Shown here: positions 37,957 to 50,078 of the stretch, in pieces
How the letters are laid out: every line of letters starts with the position of its first letter
How positions within the stretch are numbered: the first letter of the stretch is position 1
Assembly (NCBI GenBank): GCA_950097015.1
Contig: CATNEN010000029.1
Coordinates: forward strand, 2,294,001-2,358,000
DNA: 64,000 bases
Reading direction: 5' to 3'
Origin: Macrostomum hystrix
Lineage: Eukaryota; Animalia; Platyhelminthes
Notes under the pieces: generated by a model
Seen by the model: the letters and a program-made list of their open reading frames with translations, nothing else
What the model was told of the DNA's origin: nothing
Databases searched by the model: none
Translations under genes and position numbers: made by a program

Positions 37957-40234
37957 CTGTAAGTCATGGCAGTATTTGAATTTAATTCAGAAAGAGCTCG
38001 TGGCTAAACCTAGCAACAGACAGAATCTAACCTTCAGGACATTCTACATTGCTTTGAACTTTTTAATATGTCATTTTAATTAATGACAATAAAAAGTCAC
38101 CTCTTTTGTATGTATGCTGGATGCTGGATGAATTTAAAAGGCTAGATTTGTCTGCCGGCAGACAAAACAACTATTTTGTACAATGATGAGAACTGTAATA
38201 ACATTCTAAAACAATTTTTATAGAAAGTATTTATGATGATTAATGTTTGAATGAACATTTAAACAATTTTGTTTAATAGAATCATTCATATCATTCATTC
38301 AAAGTATTATCATAATTTGAAGCAGTCCTTAAAGAAGGAAATTCTAGTCTTGATGGCTTTACCTTTCATTAATGATTGTTCTAATTGCAATGCTGTTGTA
38401 ACAGCTAAGCAGCATGTCTTTCAGTGTGAAAGATGCAACAAATGCAACCAGATGAAATGTTTTGAAATGGAAATGTTTGGTTCTGGCTTTGTGTATTTAT
38501 AAGCTGCTTATTAGCTACAAAACTTTTAGAAAAATCCTAGCATTTTAACAAAAAAAAATTGTAAGACATTTAGATAATATTTTCATATGAAACTTGATTA
38601 CATACGTGTAATTAGTTATTCTGACTAATGCATATGTTAGCATATAAATGGACTATATCATATATTGGCAAACAAAATGACTATATTGTATATTGGCAGA
38701 TGAAAAGGTGGTAAACAAAAAGGAAGCAGACAAAATGACCATCAACCACTAGAATAGGCCACCACATTGTATATGTATATCTTATTCATGCAAATGCCTA
38801 TATTTTCTCTATATTATTAAAATCAAGGGAGCTAACTTCTAGTCCTGCATAAATTCAAATATTGCTTGACTTAAGAATGTTTAAAATAATATAAAAAACC
38901 TGCTATATTTTCATAAACTTATTTTGTGTTATTTTTGACAGAAATCTAAGTGATAAGTAGGCCTACTGCTAAAAATAACACCTGATTAGAGTTTTTTGCT
39001 CTCCCAAAATTCAACATTCATTCAACACCCTGCTTAATATGCTTACTAGATTTGTTTTATTCTGCTTGCTTGATTCTTCAATGTAAAATAGCTTAATTGA
39101 CATGGGAAACCAGGATAAGGCAAAGTGTATAGGCCCTAACCCCTATGCCTATAAATTAAATTTGTTGTTTCAATAAAGGGAGTAAGGTCCATCTATTAAA
39201 TTAATTAAACGATTATGACGAGGCAAAATGCCGCAAATCTCTTGTCTGTGTAACTGTAACACAGTAACACTGTTTTTGTGCTTCGCCACAAACTGATGGC
39301 GAAACAAAACGAGCTTACATAAATAGGGCATATAAAACAGTATTCATGCATACACTTTATATCTAGATAATCAATATCGATTGGATAAATTTACAATCGA
39401 GTAAAGGCGAGCCTATATCATCAAGCTAGCATCAAACAAAGCACCGTAGCGAGTCACGACCGACCAATCGACGAGGTTAGAAGAAAAAAATATATATTTT
39501 AAAAAATGTACGTCCATTATAACGAACTGTTACAAGAAGTAAAATTGCAAAAAATGTGCAGCAAAAAACACAAAATAATTAAATATATTACGCATGACTG
39601 TATTTTTTCTTTTCTTATTAAACAGAAGAATGATATTTAAAATATTTAAAACACCACTATTATAAGAAACCATTGGGTCTTATCAATGATTAACGTAGAG
39701 GTGGTAGTACGAGTACTACTAGTTAGCATTTACGATATACATCAATATGAACTATTGCTAGACAGCGGAGACGTTCAGAACAGGGCCTAAAACGGCATGT
39801 CTAGCCGCCACGTTTTTTAGGTATTTTTTCCTCCAAATTGTAAAACATAGTGGTCATTAAAATATTTTCAAGTCGCGCTTTATTGCTCTTTATGTGTTAA
39901 AGCTTAGCTAAGCAGAACTTTCGAATTTTCATATAAACGAACACATATTAGATTTTTTGCAGCTCCGTTTTTATATAATCGAATTAGTAAGCCTAATAGA
40001 CATAAAATTAGAATATGCTCGACACACTGATGTATCTGCAACTCTGTAACAACTACTTTGGCATGGCATAATAGACTAATCTATTTTTATATTCATGTTA
40101 TTTTTGTCTAGGCCAATAAATCTTAATTGACTAATTTCACTGTACTTTTTAATAGCTCAATAACTAATTTCGTTTTTAACTTTTTTAGGCTCAAAAGTAG
40201 GAACAAGTAGTACAGTACTAGTATTGGCTGGCTT

Positions 40235-40800
40235 CCATAGTCCGGATCATGTCGTTTACGCCGGAGATCTCCGGCGTAAATCTGGTTTGGGATCGGAGGC
40301 TGGCGTAAGTGCTTGGCGTAAGTATAGGCCAAAATGTGCCTTGGCGTAAGTGCTTGGCGTAAGTACATGGCATAAATCAAGTGGCGTAAATGTTAGCACA
40401 AATGAGATCATTCACGATCAAATGTATCACTATAGAACATAACACATTTGCGTTAATTATGATGTTTGCGTTAATTAGGAGCAGCATTAAAACAAAGTTC
40501 ATTAAAATATTGCAGTTCGTATAAATGAGATATCAGAATATCTATTGTAGGATAGCAAAAGTTTTTTTAGCTTTAAGATGCTTACTTTGATACTTGATTC
40601 AGAATTTGCAACTTGTGAGATTTTTAAACAGTTGCAACTTCTGAATTTAATTAATCACCGATTAACATGATTTGTGAAGGACCTTTTTTTGGGTGGCGTA
40701 AGTCAGAGGGACCTTTTTTTGGTTGGCTCAAGTCTGGCGTAAGTGCCAAAAAATGTTGGATTTTTCCTCCGGCGTAAGTCCTGCATGATCCGGACTATGG
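40235..40800. mobile_element. Non-autonomous DNA transposon (hAT/P-like) with 17-bp TIRs and 8-bp TSD
   Basis: TIR CCATAGTCCGGATCATG (40235-40251 / 40784-40800); GCTGGCTT duplicated at 40227-40234 and 40801-40808; ~10 subterminal GGCGTAA motifs. Confidence 0.85.
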
Positions 40801-43089
40801 GCTGGCTTTTATATTATAGCTTAATAATATTAGGTCCTATTTGTGATGGCTATCATGCTGCTTTGTATTTTTGTTCATTGTTACTAGCCATATTGCTAAT
40901 TTACAGTAGGTCTATAGTCTAGTATTAATTTTTGTTAGAGACAGTGAGGTTTGATTTTGAGACATGTTTTCTTATCATAGTTGTAATTGTTGTAATGTAA
41001 TGAGTGAGTGAGTTGCTATTGCTAAAAAGAGAAACCTGAGGGTTACTTTGTGACTATGCCCTATAGCATATTACTTAGTATTACCGGGTAATATGCTAAA
41101 TGTGTCTGAAAAAGTCATTATTCTTTTAACTTTAATTTATTTTAAAGACAAATGAGATTTCTTAATAGCTAGATACAAAATAAATGAAAACCTAATTAGA
41201 ACAAGTGGAACTGAAGGCTAAACAATCGAGTCACCTGAAAATATTTTATTATATTAACTATTAATAACTATAATGTAATTAATAACTAATATAAATACCT
41301 ATAATCACTAAAATTTTTCTGGTATTTGATAGATCAGTTATTAAGCCTACTAGCTCAACAATGCTATTTTCTCTTATACTCAATCTCATATCCAATATGA
41401 AAAGGCAGGCTGAAAAAGGCATGACTAGTTACTGCTTATTATATAGCTTTCTGTGATTCTTCTCAATCATGTTCAATAGCTAGTGTAACAGGATAGATTT
41501 GCATTTATCTTGCACTTTCTGCCTATCTCAAATAGCAAATGAGTGAAAACAAAACATGGTAGTATGCCTTGCAGCTCCTTTGATGAGCAGGAGACAAAGT
41601 GTGGGAGGTAGCAAGTGCCTAGGGCTAAGAGGCTCAAGAGTAGTTCCATTCTCTCTTGATCTGTTGCTATCTTGGCAATAGCTCTAACAAGGCCATACAG
41701 TGCTAGGGGTGGCTTGCTATGTTTTTAAAGCACACCATGTCTATTATTAGATTTGCTGATGCAAATTTGAGCCTATATTCTACAGCTCATAGCTTTGTAT
41801 AATGTCTCAAACTGAGCTTAAATATATTAAATGTATGTCTAGAAAATTGGCTAGCAAATCAAAGCTTGCATACCAAGTTTTCCCGCATTTGCTAAGTCAC
41901 CCAGACTCAAATATGTTCAAGGGCTTTGTTTAGCAGCAATTCAGATAAAAACAAACAGATAAGTCATGGGTAGTGGCACAGCAAGTTGGCATATATCACA
42001 CTTACTTTGCCCATTTAAACAACACAGACTGATTTTAACCACCAGTCTAAATGGTGTTACAGATATGAATCAATCTTACTGCTACAAATCATGCATAAAG
42101 AGCTCAGACTGCGGTCACTCCTGTCAACATGTTGAAAGTCCAGTCAACATGCTCTCACCCTATAGCTAGAGCTTCACTCACCCAACTGGGACATCTAGAG
42201 TTGGAATCTTAGACCATGTGAAGATTATTACAGAGATTACTGACAATGATAACAATTGGTTAAGTCCTAGATCTGAAAACAGAGCAAATGGGATCCCCAA
42301 ACCAGATAAACTGAGAATTACACCCTCTGGGTTAGATCAGAAAACAAAGGAAACAGCAAAAGTGCAGGTTTCACAGACTAACCCAGAAATCACTATGACC
42401 GACACTATATTGCAAGTTTCAAAGTGAAGTAAAGAATCTAAAACAGCAAAGTTGACTAAAAAGACATGTATAAAGAAGTGTATTTTCCACCAGTTAGCAA
42501 TAAGAGCAAGCTGACAGAGAAGCTATCAGAGCCAGATCTATTACTCGCCAGGCATGATTTTGCAGCAGAAGCTCAAACTCTTTGGCCTGAGACACACTGT
42601 ACTTGTCAGGCATTGACAAGCTGATTCGCTAAAGAGAAAAAGCATGTCCAAACTGCGAGGAGCAAAAAGCAAAAAATGATAATGTAATTAGAAGTATAAT
42701 CTCAGGATCCAAAATTGATAATAAATTATTTTTTAACAAGCCAGATGTCAATCATTAATTTACACTATGATACATGACACAGTTGTGCTAATTAAACAAA
42801 AATTTTTTACACATTTTTGATCACAAATTGAAATTCAAAAGTTTTTTATGGCTACATATATTATCAATAAGTGCCAAGATATTTTTACTATTACTATGAG
42901 TATCATTTGCCAAATGGTAAACTGATGCATAATCTGTCTTGCTTAATCAACATATAATCAGACATTATTTTAGTTGCTTTTTAAGAAGATATGATTGATT
43001 TTTTGTATTAAATTTTTAGTCCTTTAATAGCAATAAATATTTTTTGTTCCATTTTTGACATTTTCTTTTAAGTCAACTTATTAAAGTCG

Positions 43090-43350
43090 ACATTTCCAAT
43101 TACCCGATCTTGATGGATTCATTATATAGGGCATTCCCAACTGACCTTGAAGGATTTAATGTGTTCGACATTCTCAACTGACCTTGAATGATTCAGTGCA
43201 TAGAACATTATCAACTGACCTTCAAGAGTTTAGTATGTAGTATATTCCCAAGTGACCTTGAAGGATTCAGTACATTGGGCATTCTCAGCTGTCCTTGAAG
43301 GATTCAGTATGTAGGACATTCCTAAATGATCTTGAAGGATTCAGTGCATA
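43090..43350. repeat. Old degenerate ~40-bp tandem repeat (CAACTGACCTTGAAGGATTCAGT core)
   Basis: Core recurs ~7 times. Confidence 0.65.
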
Positions 43351-44217
43351 GGACAAGCTCATAGTGGTTATTAATGGCATGAATGTCATCTTGATGTGTA
43401 TGAAAGTATTTTTCAATTGATGATTAATTAATTTCCTATTAATTGACTATTACACTCAAAGTATTTTATTAACAAATCATAAAAAACATTTTATCCGATG
43501 AGAAAATAATTTGTTGCTTTCCTTATATTTCTCTGTCATTTTAAGTCAATGAGCTTAACTTATTTTTTAGGCAGTTTGCAAATGTGCTATGTTGTTTTTT
43601 GCTACATTGAACTATGATTACAGTTTCATGTAGCTGAAGTGATTTTTTTCTAATACTCTTTACCATTTTAGAATACAAATGTTTTAAACCACATAATATT
43701 TAAATAAAGTGCTTAAAGTAAAATAAAATTAAATTAGTTTATCTAAATTTGTTAAATTAATCTGACATTCTCATCTATTCTCATAAGGAGTTTTTGGTCT
43801 GGCACCTAAGCTAGATCAAGTCCCGTCAATACCCAAGCAAGAAGTTTGTAAACATCCAATCTAAAAGTACATGAATAGGGGCATGAATTGTTTTTTTAAT
43901 CAGATTGTACATCTAAACAAAACGTGTCATTTAAATTTAATAATAAATGTAATCCTATATAAGACTTCAAACTATTTAAATGTAACTAAAAAGCCTTCCT
44001 ACAGGGTCTGTAGAACACACAGTGGCGTGTCATGATTGACTAAGAAATTTAACCGATCCTAATTGCAAGCTGATCGATTCAAAAGTACTCCATGTGTATT
44101 TTTCAGCTACTCCCAGTTTGCAAAATTATTTGCAACAGCTTCTCATAGGTTCTCAGAGTGTTTTATTTAGACCTAAAAATAATAAATCTGAACCGTAAGA
44201 GAAGTTAGTCACCAAGC

Positions 44218-46780
44218 ATGGCCGATCAGCCGCCGGTTGATGACGAACCAGAGCCTGCGGCCAATGCTGCAGAAGAATTCGCCGACGCAGAAGAAGACCA
44301 CTTATTAGAACATGACGATGAAGACGAGTTTCACCTTGCTCACGAAGAACTGCCGCATCAGCTTATGATGCACCTGGATGACGACGAGGAGAGTGACGAA
44401 CCTGTGGAGGAAGACGACGAAGACGAGCGCCAGCAAGAAGCTGCGGGCGCCGGCATGCGCGGCCTGCTGCGCCTGCTGCCTCCGTTTGTTTGGCAGCCGG
44501 AGCCGGACCCAGAGTTCGAGGCGTCGGCTATGGAAGCTGCCAATGCGCCTGATTCCGTTACATTCAACCGTCAGCTTCCTGGCGAGCACTCCTATTTAGG
44601 CGGAGATCTGGAAGCGCCAGCGTCGGCTAATTCAGCATTGCTGGCCTCTGAATCGGCTTCTTTAGCAGTTAGAGAGCTACCTGGCCTCACCTGCTCCCTG
44701 GCCGTATTGGTGCCAGGCCAGCTGCTACCGTTGACGCTATTCCGCCCCAATGACGTGTCCCTGGTGGCCGACATGCACGCCGGTCGAATCAACCAGGTGG
44801 CATTGTTGAATCGCTATCCGTACAGTAGCACCGCCGAGCTGCTGTCATGCGGCGAAGAGCTAGATGAAAATGCCGGCCTTGCAATTGTGCGGGCCAAGCT
44901 GATTGGTCGGCAACGCTTTGAACTATTGGGCGTGCGTCGCGACATCACTGGCCGGCCGTGGGCTAAGATTAGGCCGATGCCGGAGCCTAAGTAAGACTAG
45001 GGGGTATTAACAGTAGGACTTCCAAGCCATTTTGCCGCCCATTTTTATACCAAGGGGGGTTTTTGACAACACCCGAATGCTTACAGCGATGGGTGGTGAC
45101 TGATTGGTTGACAGACTATGCGATGGTGTGAGGCTTGATCAGTGAAATTTGAGAAATTCGCATCAGGGTGTCCATAGTTCCACCTGTTGTAGCCCTGAAG
45201 AAGATCTAGCAGTCCGTCTAGATAAACGTAGGTGACCACCGAAGACGGAGATTCCCCTTAGTAGTTCTACTGTTAATGAGATACACATAATAAGCCTGGA
45301 TATATATTTACATAGCACCAACACAAACCGTAGGCAAATGAGCCCATGTCAGAGTCGCCCGGGACCTCGGCGGTCATTGGACCTGGCCGCCTGTCCGTTT
45401 CCGGCCTGGGTGGCCGAAGGCTACGATGCCCGACAGCTGGTGACGGCGATTCGGGCCGAGTTGGCCTCTTACAATCGCTCCTGGGCGGAGGTGCAGGTAA
45501 AACTGCTGCAGCCTGCGTGACTAAGGATTTGCGCCCAATTCTGTCCAATCCTCAGGGCACAGGTGTTCTGTCCAATCCTCAGGGCACAGGTGTTCTGTCC
45601 AATCCTCAGGGCGCAGGTGTTCTGTCCAATCCTCAGGGCGCAGGTGTTCTGTCCAATCCTCAGGGCTCAGTTATCCATGGATTCCCCAGGTCTCAGATTG
45701 TCAGGCAAAGGCGTTTTTCGTTACGGTGTTAAATATAGAGTGATCCAAAAATGCCGCTTCTTCTAATACGCCACACCGCAGGCCGGCCCAGATGAGCCCG
45801 GCCCGTTCTCCTATTGGCTATTGGAACAGCTGCCCCTCCCTGATTGGTTGCGCGTTGACCTACTCGGCTGCCCGCACCCGGCCGGCTGTCTCCGCCGCTG
45901 CCTGCCTCTGCTGCGCCGATGCGCCGCTCTGCGCTGCGTGGTCTGCCACAGTCATGTGGCCAACAAGTCGGCCATCTTCTGCCTAGCCGCCAGCGGCGCC
46001 ACCGGTGCCTACGTGAATCCGGGCGGCCACGTACACGAGATGATGACTGTGGCCACCGCTACTGGCGTGAGGCCGGTTGGCCGGCCATGCACTGAGCACA
46101 GCTGGTTTCCTGGCTACGCCTGGCAGGTGATGACCTGAATGTCAAAATACCTGCCTTTCAGTTTAGATGGCTGATTTATCAGCGGAAATCATTAACACTT
46201 GAGAAAGATGCTTTTAATCATCCCCCCATTGCTTTAGTTATCCCATCTAGGAATTGGTAAATTGGTCATTGGCTCATTAGCCTCATATATGACATTACCC
46301 ACAGTCCATAATATTCAAATGTGACATTCCCCACATTCCAGAAGACTCAAATATGACATTCTCTACAGTCCATAAGACTCAAATAGGACATTCGCCACAC
46401 TACATAAGCATAAAACATGACATTCCCCACAGTCCATAAGCATCAAATATGACATTCCCAACACTCCATAAACCAAAAATAAGTGTCTAAACCTCAAATA
46501 ACCTCAAATAAAGCTACTGTTAGTAGTATGTAAAGTAAAATAAAGATAAGCGCCAAACGAAACCGCCCAGATTTTGGAGTGCAACAAATGCTCGCGCCAC
46601 ATGGGCTGGCGCTTCACGGCGCAGAGTTCAGACACTGTGCCAGCAGCCTTCTACGGAATCTGCCGGAATTCTGTCGAACCGGATCTGGCTGCCGTTCTGG
46701 ACAGTCTGGAACAGGCTGAGATGGCAGAGTCTGTCGCTTCTAGAAGGCGGACGCATCTAGATGAGAGCGGCAATGATTAA
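44218..46780 (+). CDS. CRBN: Cereblon (LON N-terminal domain + CULT domain)
   Basis: Exons 44218-44990, 45334(or 45316)-45496, 45782-46126, 46571-46780 with compatible phases. Motifs LPGEHSYLG, LVPGQLLPLTLF, GRQRF, AYVNPGGHVHE, TEHSWFPGYAW, CNKC, HMGWRF match CRBN. Confidence 0.95.
45090..45250 (-). mobile_element. Dispersed-repeat remnant in CRBN intron 1, homologous to 33120-33300
   Basis: Shared blocks such as GCATCAGGGTGTCCATAGT, GCTTGATCAG and CCGTCTAGATAAA. Confidence 0.6.
45538..45666. repeat. 27-bp minisatellite (TGTTCTGTCCAATCCTCAGGGCRCAGG) in CRBN intron 2
   Basis: About 5 units. Confidence 0.9.
46288..46470. repeat. Degenerate ~33-bp repeat (ATATGACATTCCCCACAGTCCATAAG core) in CRBN intron 3
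   Basis: About 5-6 diverged units. Confidence 0.65.
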
Positions 46781-47201
46781 ACTGAAATTGAAATCGCTTC
46801 TGCTTTCCTATTCGTTTTCTTGTACATACAAGCTACATACAGCAAAAGTGATTTTTTAAAACATACTTCTATATAGTGTTACATTTCTAAAATTTTAGAA
46901 TTCAACGATTCAACGATAAATGTAGAAATCCTGGCTAACATATCTGGGTTCACACCATAGACTATAGACGTCTATCTGTATGGAATGTATATAGAAGCTC
47001 TATATTGTAAGATGCTATATATAGAAGTCCTTGTGGTTGTCGGTTGGCATTACTCATTGAACAACGCTGAGCAAGGGTTTTAATGAACATCGTTAAACTA
47101 TGTCTATGGGGAATTCCCTTTGAATTCTTGTATTTCTAACGTTAAGTGTGTATTTTCATTGAGCAACGCTGGGATTCCCGCCATTAAATACCGGGGTTTT
47201 A

Positions 47202-47604
47202 ATGTCTATGGTGCAAACAGAACCGCAGGGGAACCCCAGCGTTGCTCAATGAAAATATATACCAGCTATTTCGGACATCAATGTCTATGGTGCAAACAGA
47301 ACCGCAGGGAAACCCCAGCGTTGCTCAATGAAAATATATACCGGCTATTTCGGGCATCAATGTCTATGGTGCAAACAGAACCGCAGGGAAACCCCAGCGT
47401 TGCTCAATGAAAATATATACCGGCTATTTCGGGCATCAATGTCTATGGTGCAAACAGAACCGCAGGGAAACCCCAGCGTTGCTAAATGAAAATATATACC
47501 GGCTATTTCGGGCATCAATGTCTATGGTGCAAACAGAACCGCAGGGAAACCCCAGCGTTGCTCAATGAAAATATATACCGGCTATTTCGGGCATCAATGT
47601 CTAT
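47202..47604. repeat. 79-bp tandem repeat flanked by inverted copies of parts of its own unit
   Basis: About 5 units; inverted pieces at 47152-47173 and 47658-47673. Confidence 0.9.
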
Positions 47605-47946
47605 GACCTCGGGCGCTGCGCGCTGCGCGTCCTCGGTCACAGCCATTGATACCCTCGATAGCCGGTATATATTCTTACATTACATCGGTTGTTAATAATT
47701 CACAATTATTTCATAGATTCCTTATTTTATAGTTTCTAGTTTGTGATTGTAAAAAAACGGCTGAATTGTTGTATTTCGCAACATTGAAATATAATATGTG
47801 AAAATAGTGAGTCAACCAATGTTATCGCGCTTTTCATACCTTTTTTATTTAAAAAAGAAGTAAAAAGTAAAATGACATACTCCGGCACAAACCTGCCACA
47901 TGCTGCTCAGTATAGTTGCTAGCCGGCTTTTGATTTAACATTGCTT

Positions 47947-48825
47947 TTGTCAATCTAAACGATAATTTAGACATTCAAAACGATAATGGCTATGTATTAA
48001 CTATGCTCTAAGTAAACCTCGCCGCTAGGGAACATAGACGTTTGGACAACCAATACGAGAAAAGGGGATTCAAAACGAGAATGAATTCAGGCACTTTCAC
48101 CCTTTCGACCATAGAACTAGAGACAACCAAAATTATAAAATCGGAAGGGAAAGCTGAAAAACTCCCTTGCCTTGATCTCTGTTTGGTTTGTTTTAGTTTT
48201 CTCTCGATTCTTTGTTTGCTATTTATTGCTGCTGTTTTTCAAATGCCCCACCAATATCCTCAGTGGACAGGCAACGCTCGGTGTCTGGTCTGCTATTATA
48301 GAGCAAGAGGCAACACTAGAAGCCGCAGCAGCCATCCTGCAAGTGCCGATTGCAACTGGGTATAGAATTATGCGAGCATATACGCAGGATGGAAGGGTTC
48401 GGGCGTTACCAAGAGGTGGCAAAAAGGAGAGCAAATGCAAAGTGGACGAGGAGATGAAGGCCTGCCTTCAGAACAAGCTGGAGCAAAACCCGATTGTTTT
48501 GCCTTCCCAATTCTCGTTTTGATTGCCGCTTTCTCATTTTGAATGTCCTTAACTCTATGGCTGAATAGGTGAGCTGCGCGCGGCAGACCCATCCGATAGC
48601 ATGAGACCACAGACATTATCGTTTTGAATGTCCTTAACTCTATGGCTGAATAGCTGAGCTGCGCGCGGCAGACCCATCCGATAGCATGAGACCACAGACA
48701 TTATCGTTTTGAATGTCCTTAACTCTATGGCTGAATAGCTGAGCTGCGCGCGGCAGACCCATCCGATAGCATGAGACCACAGACATTATCGTTTTGAATG
48801 TCCAAATTATCATTTAGATTGACAA
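47947..48825 (+). mobile_element. Internally deleted Tc1/IS630-like element with transposase HTH remnant and three 85-bp internal tandem repeats
   Basis: TIRs ~47947-47988 / 48784-48825 (2 mismatches); peptide AAAAILQVPIATGYRIMRAYTQDGRVRALPRGGKKESK...LEQNP resembles a Tc1-type DNA-binding N-terminus; 85-bp repeats at 48541, 48626, 48711. Confidence 0.7.
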
Positions 48826-48984
48826 TAGCGATACATGTGTCTGGCTTCTGCTAAAATAGTTTCTATAGGCGGCTAAGTTAAAGAGAACGGCTAAGAGATG
48901 GCGCATCTGATCACTTTTTAATTGAGGGAAAGTATTATATTTGTCCGTGGCTAAAACAGGCGTTTTAATATACCTTTTTAACAA

Positions 48985-49886
48985 TTTTTGGACATAAGTG
49001 AAGTTTATTTAGTCCTTGGCCAGCTCAGTCCTAGAAAAGTGAGTTTGATTTAGTCAGCACTCGGAGTTTACCGTAGACAATAGTAAAGAAATGAAATCGA
49101 TTTAGTCAAGTGCCGCGTTTTTAAACCGTTCCATGACTTGATTTTAGTCAAAGTGAATTTTATTTAGTCATCATGGCGGCAGCTGTAGACATTCGCAGAG
49201 TTACAATCTCTGAGAAGGACCGGCGAAGACTCATCGACGCCTTTATTGGCAATGTCGATTGGCAGCAACTAGCGAGACAGCTGAACATTCCACGTCAGTC
49301 TGCCAGAAATGTTATCGTTAAATACGAACAAAGTGGACGCGTTCCGGCATTGAGACGAGGCGGAAATAAGCCAAAAGCTTAACTGAAGCTATGGTCGACA
49401 GCCCTGTTGAATTTGTTGGTGAAACACCCACCATGACGCTCAATGACATGCGGCAGCTAGGCGACAGGAACGCTGCCAACGCACTTGGCATCAATCTACA
49501 AGAACACCGCGCCCGCATTCTTGAGCGCGAACTGGAGGCGAGTATGGCAGCTGTCACACGGCCTCACTGCGAAGCCTGGCATCGTGAGAGCCTTCGGTAC
49601 ATACCCCGCTGCATTGCCATGGAAGACATTGTTGATGAAATTGAAAAGGGGAAGTTTTTGGTTTGTGTTGTTCTTGTTTAAGCTTTCGTCTCATGGCTAT
49701 AACGACTAAATAAAATTCACTTTGACCTAATAAAAGTTACAAATGACAGATTTAGAGGCACTTGACTAAATCGATATCATTTCTTTACTATAGTTTACGA
49801 TAAACCCCGAGTGCTGACTAAATCAAACTCACTTTTCTAGGACTGAGCTGGCCAAGGACTAAATAAACTTCACTTATGTCCAAAAA
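48985..49886 (+). mobile_element. Internally deleted Tc1/IS630-like element with ~185-bp TIRs
   Basis: Long imperfect TIRs (48985-49170 / ~49703-49886) with five TTTAGTC motifs each; ORF remnants 49173-49382 (HTH, ...SGRVPALRRGG) and 49391-49681 (...CEAWHRESLRYIPRCIAMEDI); no DDE catalytic core visible. Confidence 0.82.
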
Positions 49887-50078
49887 AATCCTGGGGATAG
49901 ACCACGGGGGGTATTTCAAGCACTCACTGCCTACTTCACGATAGCTTCCCACGTACGCAGGTGTGTACATCTGCTATAACTTATTATAACGATTTTCGGG
50001 ATTGGTCCTGAAAGGCGTATACATGTCGGTTGCACATGTGGGTCACTGCTTACATGTTGGCAACTTTGCACTCTTCAG

